IMG/VR virus record: IMGVR_UViG_2541047915_000011
DNA: 40,625 bases
Strand: one strand, 5' to 3'
DNA from: a virus
Lineage: Duplodnaviria; Heunggongvirae; Uroviricota; Caudoviricetes
Of the stretch, positions 35,288 to 40,625 are shown in pieces. The number at the start of each line of letters is the position of its first letter. Within the stretch, counting starts at the first letter, position 1. The notes beneath the pieces were generated by a model, which had not been told where the DNA came from, made no database searches, and was given only the letters and a program-made list of their open reading frames with translations. The position numbers and the translations under genes were made by a program.

Positions 35288-36291
35288 TCACATACACCGG
35301 CATAGACACTACTGCAAACGGCTTTATCATTCGCCGAAGCCAGTAAATCAAACTGAGTACCCCCACGCGTTGTCATTGTCCAGTCATGGTAGGTTTCAAT
35401 TCCGTATGCCTCGACTGTTACAACCTCAATACGACGTTCTGCGCGTAACGGATCATGTGTGGATGGGAAAAAAGTGGAATTTCCCCGACGGGAGCACGAC
35501 GCAACCAGTCGTTCCCATTCAGCAACCCGCTTTATTTCCTCCGGCCACCGGCGAAAAATTTCTGCCAGTTCAGATTTACGGACATGAATACATGGCATAC
35601 AACCAACACGGCCACACCCCTGCTGATATAACGGATTTGGCTTAATGTCATGTCTTCTGGCTATTGCAAATACATCTTCATGCTTCCAGTGCAAAATCGG
35701 GCGATATACATGCAATCCGGGGGTGTTGTCTGCATCCTCTTCCCAGACAGGTAAAGCTGCGCGTGATGGCGATTCCTGAGCACGCACTCCCTGCCAGCTA
35801 ATCACTTCCTCAAATTCATTGAGTAAAGGCAGGATTACCTGAGAACGCACGGGTTCATGTTTCAGTTCAAATGTGCAAAATCTGGCTTTGGTTGATGGGA
35901 AACGCCCCTTCCACAGACACAAATCAAGAAACGGGATACCCGTTGGTTTGAGAATTTCCAGCGCACAACTGATGCGCTGGTGCGCTTCTTCTTCCGACAT
36001 TCCACAATCGTTAACCAACAAATCAGGCCATTTGGTCTGGATAAACTTGCGCTTTGATTCAATCCGGCAGGAAAAATCAGCCCTGACCCTTTTAATTGGG
36101 CCAAGCCGTTTTTCCAGATAATCCAGATATTTCATTGTCTGTGGATGTTCATGTCCCGTATCAGCAAAAACCGGCAATATGGGTACATTTTCTTCAATAG
36201 CGACAAGCCACTGAGCAAGGCTGTCCTTTCCACCTGAAACAAAAATAACATTGATGGTATTTTCAGTATGGCAACGAGCATCAGTAATCAT
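35284..36291 (-). CDS. PAPS-reductase-like PP-loop ATP pyrophosphatase family protein (335 aa)
   Basis: PP-loop motif FVSGGKDS near the N-terminus and a C-terminal Cys cluster (CGRVGCMPC). 4-nt overlaps with orf83 upstream and A downstream. Confidence 0.75.
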   Translation of the reverse strand: MITDARCHTENTINVIFVSGGKDSLAQWLVAIEENVPILPVFADTGHEHPQTMKYLDYLEKRLGPIKRVRADFSCRIESKRKFIQTKWPDLLVNDCGMSEEEAHQRISCALEILKPTGIPFLDLCLWKGRFPSTKARFCTFELKHEPVRSQVILPLLNEFEEVISWQGVRAQESPSRAALPVWEEDADNTPGLHVYRPILHWKHEDVFAIARRHDIKPNPLYQQGCGRVGCMPCIHVRKSELAEIFRRWPEEIKRVAEWERLVASCSRRGNSTFFPSTHDPLRAERRIEVVTVEAYGIETYHDWTMTTRGGTQFDLLASANDKAVCSSVYAGVCE

Positions 36292-36566
36292 TCAGACGCT
36301 CCTCTGGAGAACGCCTCTGAACAACGCTTGCTGAGCTGCTCAACCTGCGCGTTTAAATCGGCAAAAGACTTTGCGCTTCCGGTCAGAATATCGTGATGCA
36401 TCAGGCCGGAAACGAGCTGGCTTAATTTCGGGTAATAACCAACCACCGACAGCCATTCCTGACCGGCGTTTTTACCGCTTTCCGCTCTCTTTTTCTCGTG
36501 GAGAATAAACTGAAAGCTGTCACTGGTAACGACATAACGTTCGCCAATTTCAATACGAATACTCAT
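36288..36566 (-). CDS. Early-operon small protein, P2 orf83-like
   Basis: 92-aa ORF in the expected position, overlapping neighbours by 4 nt. Confidence 0.7.
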   Translation of the reverse strand: MSIRIEIGERYVVTSDSFQFILHEKKRAESGKNAGQEWLSVVGYYPKLSQLVSGLMHHDILTGSAKSFADLNAQVEQLSKRCSEAFSRGASE

Positions 36567-36787
36567 GCCGTTCTCCGGTAATGTTTGTTTTTTGCTTCAA
36601 AGACTGACTGACAGGAAACACAACGCGTGGCTGACGGATAAGCCGCACGACGGGCAGCAGGTATTGGCGCGTCACACTCTTCGCAAACCAGCGCAGAAGC
36701 ACCGCAATGTTTTACCCTTGCCGCGTTAATCTGGCGCTCCAGTAATTCAGTCTGTTGTTCCTGAATAAAATCTACGTTGTCCGGCAT
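36563..36787 (-). CDS. TraR/DksA-family C4 zinc-finger protein, P2 orf82-like
   Basis: 74 aa with CxxC-N17-CxxC (CEECDAPIPAARRAAYPSATRCVSC). Confidence 0.75.
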   Translation of the reverse strand: MPDNVDFIQEQQTELLERQINAARVKHCGASALVCEECDAPIPAARRAAYPSATRCVSCQSVFEAKNKHYRRTA

Positions 36788-36789
36788 TA

Positions 36790-37092
36790 TCAGCTCCTTT
36801 TATCGTTAAGTTTCCTGGATACATCAGCGCAATAACTGGCAAGTTCTGTCGTTAATTTTGTCAGTTCATCCACGGAGGAAATTTGCTTGTGGAATACAGC
36901 GCGTTTAACAAGTAAATTGACCACATCAGACAGGAGGTTTAATTCATTCTGATAAATCGCGATAACAGATTCAGTGATGTCGCGTTTTTCTTTATCAAGA
37001 CAAAGTTGAATAAGAGACAAATCACCATTTTCCATAACGGCGATTTTTAAGGCGTTATTCAGTAATACAACTGAATGAGAACAGGACATCAA
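36790..37092 (-). CDS. Early-operon small protein, P2 orf81-like
   Basis: 100-aa ORF, position. Confidence 0.7.
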   Translation of the reverse strand: MMSCSHSVVLLNNALKIAVMENGDLSLIQLCLDKEKRDITESVIAIYQNELNLLSDVVNLLVKRAVFHKQISSVDELTKLTTELASYCADVSRKLNDKRS

Positions 37093-37346
37093 AGTACCTC
37101 CCCGCGAGACAATCCGATATTGTGAAATTTTTCCGACTCCTGACTGAGCAGCTCGACTATCTCCACGCGGGATAACTCCGCCTTTGTGATGTGGCGAATC
37201 ATGGCGTCAAGATGAGAAGAAAAGCGCGTCGCCGCGTCGGCCTGTGCTTCGGTTCTGGCCTGTTGCAGCAGTAATGCGTATTTACCGCACTGATTTTCAG
37301 AAACTGTATGCATGACTTTCTCCAGGCAAAAAGAAGCCCCGCACAA
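37089..37346 (-). CDS. Early-operon small protein, P2 orf80-like
   Basis: 85-aa ORF, position. Confidence 0.7.
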   Translation of the reverse strand: MCGASFCLEKVMHTVSENQCGKYALLLQQARTEAQADAATRFSSHLDAMIRHITKAELSRVEIVELLSQESEKFHNIGLSRGEVL

Positions 37347-37376
37347 TTAAGTGCGTTAAAAACTCTGGTTAATTAC

Positions 37377-37877
37377 TTAATGCAGATATTGCTCTGGTTT
37401 TACCGACGTCAGAATTGTCGGTGCATACTCAAACAGGCTGAATAATTCACGTAATGCACGGAATAAAGCATCACGCCAGTAACATGACTCTTCATTAATT
37501 CGCCAGTATGGCTGGTTGAATTCTTTTTCAGTCAATCCGGCATGCATAAATAAAGTACGACGCTGACTGACTGTTAAAAAACTAATATATGCATACTCAC
37601 TTGCACCGACCTGACGGCGTTTTGAGAATGCCCCACGCAATTCATCAATTGCACAAACCAGCCGTTCACGTTCGACGTCGTTCATTTCTTCAAAACGCAT
37701 CGTTGCGTGACGTTGTTTTAACTGCGCATGAAAGCAAACTGTTAGCCGTTCGCGCTCCATCATCTGATTATAATAATCACATGTATCCTGCCAGCGAGGA
37801 ACGGCAAGATGCTTACCAATTATCCGGCGCATGGTTGCTGGCTGTTTTTCAACGAGATTGAGCGTCATCACTGTCAT
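37377..37877 (-). CDS. B: Replication protein gpB (166 aa)
   Basis: MTVMTLNLVEKQPA... from the third Met of the ORF-track ORF, giving the P2 B length. Confidence 0.8.
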   Translation of the reverse strand: MTVMTLNLVEKQPATMRRIIGKHLAVPRWQDTCDYYNQMMERERLTVCFHAQLKQRHATMRFEEMNDVERERLVCAIDELRGAFSKRRQVGASEYAYISFLTVSQRRTLFMHAGLTEKEFNQPYWRINEESCYWRDALFRALRELFSLFEYAPTILTSVKPEQYLH

Positions 37878-38068
37878 TTCCATACCCTCCGGCTTTTCAG
37901 AAAGGTCAGAGCCTTTTTTAACGGACTCTGTTTTTTGGTGCGGATAATGATTCCCTTACGCCCCTTACCGTGGGTGATGGTGAAGTCAATCGCCCTGGGG
38001 CTTTCGTTACGCAGTAACTGAGCAATACAACGAGGCTCATTCATACGGTTCTCCTTAACGTGGTTCAC
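37874..38068 (-). CDS. Small basic protein, P2 orf78-like (start uncertain)
   Basis: 64-aa ORF between cox and B. Overlaps the cox 3' end; a later internal Met may be the true start. Confidence 0.45.
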   Translation of the reverse strand: MNHVKENRMNEPRCIAQLLRNESPRAIDFTITHGKGRKGIIIRTKKQSPLKKALTFLKSRRVWK

Positions 38069-38330
38069 CGAGACCTAACCACATCAACCAGCCGTCACGA
38101 ATCTCTTTAGGGCGGCTTTCATAAGCCAGTTTTAGTCCGTTATTCCATGCCGGAAGGTATACCCAATATTCACCTGCACGACCTGAAGCTGATTGTGGAT
38201 CGGTCATATCAATTACAGGCAGCTTTCCTTTATCGATCATCCGACGAACCGCTCCTGTCGATTTTCCTATTAGTTTTGCGAACTCCTGATAAGGAATCGC
38301 ATCAGCCATGAGTGTTACTTGCTTGCTCAT
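38055..38330 (-). CDS. cox: Cox, excisionase and early-promoter regulator
   Basis: 91 aa, divergent from C, P2 Cox size. Confidence 0.8.
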   Translation of the reverse strand: MSKQVTLMADAIPYQEFAKLIGKSTGAVRRMIDKGKLPVIDMTDPQSASGRAGEYWVYLPAWNNGLKLAYESRPKEIRDGWLMWLGLGEPR

Positions 38331-38444
38331 GTCGTCCCCCAGCCCTCATGAATTGCGTTTAATGCCTTATAATGCCTTTTAGTGCCCACATCCAAGCACT
38401 AAACAATCTACATCTAAACCAAATACTATTGAGATCTAAACACT
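38331..38444. promoter_or_regulatory. Immunity switch region (expected divergent Pe/Pc promoters with operator repeats)
   Basis: TATAAT at about 38368-38373 (plus strand). Tandem direct repeats AATGCCTT (38361-38368, 38371-38378) and ATCTAAAC (38412-38419, 38434-38441). Lies between divergent cox and C. Confidence 0.5.
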
Positions 38445-38744
38445 ATGTCAAACACGATAAGCGAGAAGATAGTCTTAATGCGAAAATCAGAGTATTTGAG
38501 CAGACAACAACTTGCTGATTTAACAGGGGTACCGTATGGCACGCTGAGTTACTATGAAAGTGGTCGTTCAACACCTCCAACAGATGTCATGATGAACATC
38601 CTGCAGACCCCACAATTCACCAAATACACTTTATGGTTCATGACCAATCAGGTCGCTCCTGAGTCCGGGCAAATTGCGCCCGCTCTCGCACACTTTGGGC
38701 AAAACGAAACAACGTCGCCCCACTCCGGTCAAAAGACTGGTTAA
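38445..38744 (+). CDS. C: Immunity repressor C
   Basis: 99 aa, P2 C size, upstream of int on the same strand. Confidence 0.85.
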   Translation: MSNTISEKIVLMRKSEYLSRQQLADLTGVPYGTLSYYESGRSTPPTDVMMNILQTPQFTKYTLWFMTNQVAPESGQIAPALAHFGQNETTSPHSGQKTG

Positions 38745-38859
38745 CAATTCATCGTGAATATATTCATCACAAGTGCCTACTATTGGTGGCTAAATTTCAG
38801 CCACCACGAAAAAAGCGATTAGTAGTCGCAAAAAAACACACCACTCGGAGGGTTTTCTG

Positions 38860-39873
38860 ATGGCAATCAAAAAACTCGATGATGGTCGATATGAAGTGGA
38901 CATCCGCCCTACTGGACGTAACGGAAAACGCATCCGTAGGAAGTTTGATAAGAAAAGCGAAGCTGTCGCTTTCGAAAAATACACGTTGTACAACCACCAC
39001 AATAAAGAATGGCTATCAAAACCAACAGACAAACGACGTCTGTCGGAGCTGACACAGATCTGGTGGGATTTAAAGGGTAAACACGAAGAGCATGGGAAAT
39101 CTAATCTTGGAAAAATTGAAATCTTCACAAAAATAACGAATGACCCATGCGCATTTCAAATTACGAAATCGCTTATCAGCCAGTACTGCGCCACCCGAAG
39201 AAGTCAGGGTATTAAACCTTCGAGTATCAATCGTGATTTAACATGTATTAGCGGCATGTTTACAGCCCTGATTGAAGCGGAGTTATTCTTTGGTGAGCAC
39301 CCTATCAGAGGGACAAAAAGGCTTAAGGAGGAAAAACCAGACACAGGCTATCTCACGCAGGAAGAAATTGCCTTACTGCTTGCTGCTCTTGACGGCGACA
39401 ACAAAAAGATTGCGATTCTTTGCCTGAGCACTGGAGCACGTTGGGGAGAAGCAGCTCGTTTGAAAGCAGAAAATATCATCCATAACCGCGTCACGTTTGT
39501 TAAAACGAAAACAAACAAACCACGCACCGTCCCGATCTCAGAGGCTGTTGCCAAAATGATCGCGGATAACAAACGAGGTTTTTTATTCCCTGATGCTGAT
39601 TACCCTCGCTTCAGACGAACAATGAAAGCAATAAAACCGGATTTGCCAATGGGGCAAGCCACACATGCACTAAGGCACAGCTTTGCCACTCATTTCATGA
39701 TTAATGGAGGAAGTATTATCACGCTACAACGGATACTAGGTCACACGCGGATTGAGCAAACTATGGTTTACGCTCATTTTGCGCCAGAGTACCTTCAGGA
39801 CGCCATTTCTCTTAATCCGCTAAGAGGTGGTACTGAGGCCGAGAGTGTCCACACAGTGTCCACAGTAGAGTAA
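38860..39873 (+). CDS. int: Tyrosine integrase
   Basis: 337 aa with C-terminal catalytic-region motifs (ARWGEA...HALRHSFATHF...LGHTRIEQTMVYAH). Adjacent to the att repeat. Confidence 0.9.
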   Translation: MAIKKLDDGRYEVDIRPTGRNGKRIRRKFDKKSEAVAFEKYTLYNHHNKEWLSKPTDKRRLSELTQIWWDLKGKHEEHGKSNLGKIEIFTKITNDPCAFQITKSLISQYCATRRSQGIKPSSINRDLTCISGMFTALIEAELFFGEHPIRGTKRLKEEKPDTGYLTQEEIALLLAALDGDNKKIAILCLSTGARWGEAARLKAENIIHNRVTFVKTKTNKPRTVPISEAVAKMIADNKRGFLFPDADYPRFRRTMKAIKPDLPMGQATHALRHSFATHFMINGGSIITLQRILGHTRIEQTMVYAHFAPEYLQDAISLNPLRGGTEAESVHTVSTVE

Positions 39874-39952
39874 CGTTTAAGGGCTTTCAGTGGTAATTTA
39901 TGCCGCTCAAACCCGCATTGTACCGTTGAAAGCCCCTACTGGTGACACCCTA

Positions 39953-39987
39953 AATCTCCCTTACACGGGCTTATTTTTTATGCATAA
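39953..39987. repeat. 35-bp direct repeat, copy 2 (prophage att core, int-proximal junction)
   Basis: Identical to 6044-6078. Duplicates the 3' terminator portion of CyaR. Confidence 0.75.
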
Positions 39988-40307
39988 GCCCTATCCCTGG
40001 TCACCGTCTTCCATTGACCACATCGATAGAATCCTCCTTCATAGCACGATGCTTTTCACTTATCGACATCGTGCTCGCACAGGTTCCGGTTACGCACAGC
40101 CAGAACGCGCATGTTTGACGCTTACCAAAAAATGAACCTAAAGCATTGGAACATTTTTGACATCATTTTCTGATGGCTGCATAAAATAAAAATTCTGCTT
40201 TAGTTTCATCTATCTGTTTGTCATTATTACTCACATTCAATAATGGTGTTGAAGAATATCCCATCACAGATAAAATAAATATGTGCATGGTAGTCTTGAA
40301 TCTATTC

Positions 40308-40625
40308 TCACTCTCCACATTTGAATGTCAGACGAGCGACGCCATGTAATCCTGCACCTTCTGTCTTCAGGTCAACTATCTGCATTTTTTTGCCCTGAGT
40401 AACACAGAAATGAACTGCATCATTTTTTACTATATTTTCTGCACCAGATATTCTACCCCTGGCTAAAGAAGCTTCGGCTTCGGTGTAGTATTGGTTATCG
40501 AGTTTACGCTGAATATTACTTTTATATGCAAGACCAAATTTACCGATACTTGTCTCATCATTATGTACAGCACACCCAGACATAAGAAAAACACTAATTA
40601 ATGATATAGCAGCTATCTTTTTCAT
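40308..40625 (-). CDS. yegR: Lipoprotein-like protein YegR (105 aa)
   Basis: N-terminal signal peptide with lipobox-like LMSGC. 105 aa, as I recall for E. coli YegR, which follows the ogrK remnant in K-12. Start ATG at the window edge. Confidence 0.65.
   Translation of the reverse strand: MKKIAAISLISVFLMSGCAVHNDETSIGKFGLAYKSNIQRKLDNQYYTEAEASLARGRISGAENIVKNDAVHFCVTQGKKMQIVDLKTEGAGLHGVARLTFKCGE

Larger units (their letters stand above)
6044..39987. mobile_element. P2-like (Peduovirus-type) prophage, apparently intact, about 33.9 kb
   Basis: Bounded by the 35-bp direct repeats. Complete collinear set of P2-type structural, lysis, packaging, replication and immunity genes. Integrase adjacent to one junction, ogr to the other. 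cos sequence present. Confidence 0.85.

Noticed and set aside
38791-38811. Hairpin GGTGGC / GCCACC between C and int.
   Set aside because: It is followed by an A-rich rather than T-rich tract on the coding strand, and C and int are expected to be co-transcribed, so it is not called as a terminator.
39890-40135. 81-aa plus-strand ORF spanning the int-proximal att repeat.
   Set aside because: It runs across the recombination core and relic sequence with no start context. Most likely non-coding junction DNA.
1-40625. CRISPR arrays, rRNA genes, IS elements or transposases.
   Set aside because: No regularly spaced direct repeats with spacers, no rRNA-like conserved blocks and no transposase-like ORFs were seen. 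The only mobile element supported is the prophage.

Overview
The window reads as an Escherichia-type chromosomal segment carrying an apparently intact P2-like prophage of about 34 kb. Left flank: a tightly overlapping, AT-rich three-gene operon of unknown function (1-4050, minus strand), yegQ (U32 peptidase family, 4538-5899) and the sRNA CyaR (about 5984-6070). The prophage (about 6044-39987) sits at the 3' end of cyaR and is bounded by a 35-bp perfect direct repeat (6044-6078 and 39953-39987); yegR follows at 40308-40625. Gene order is canonical P2: ogr-D-U-T-E/E'-FII-FI-[Z/fun locus]-G-H-I-J-W-V-[orf30 locus]-S-R-lysC/lysB-lysA-K-Y-X-L-M-N-O, divergent P-Q, cos (31998-32016), then A-[PP-loop gene]-orf83-orf82-orf81-orf80-B-orf78-cox, divergent C, int. 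Product names rest on recalled P2 gene order, sizes and sequence; no database search was run. Main non-backbone content: (1) a retron-like reverse transcriptase translationally coupled to a 2-TM protein, inserted between portal gene Q and cos, preceded by a strongly structured leader; (2) AT-rich membrane-protein genes at the Z/fun and orf30 loci; (3) a PAPS-reductase-like PP-loop gene coupled to replication gene A; (4) a tail fibre H about 250 aa longer than P2 H with three internal repeats; (5) no old/tin/orf91 genes between A and cos. No tRNA, rRNA, CRISPR array or transposase was seen. Coordinates I derived by reading the sequence text (repeats, hairpins, cos) may be off by a base or two; at 23400-23460 my reading disagreed with the ORF track by one base, so CDS coordinates follow the ORF track.
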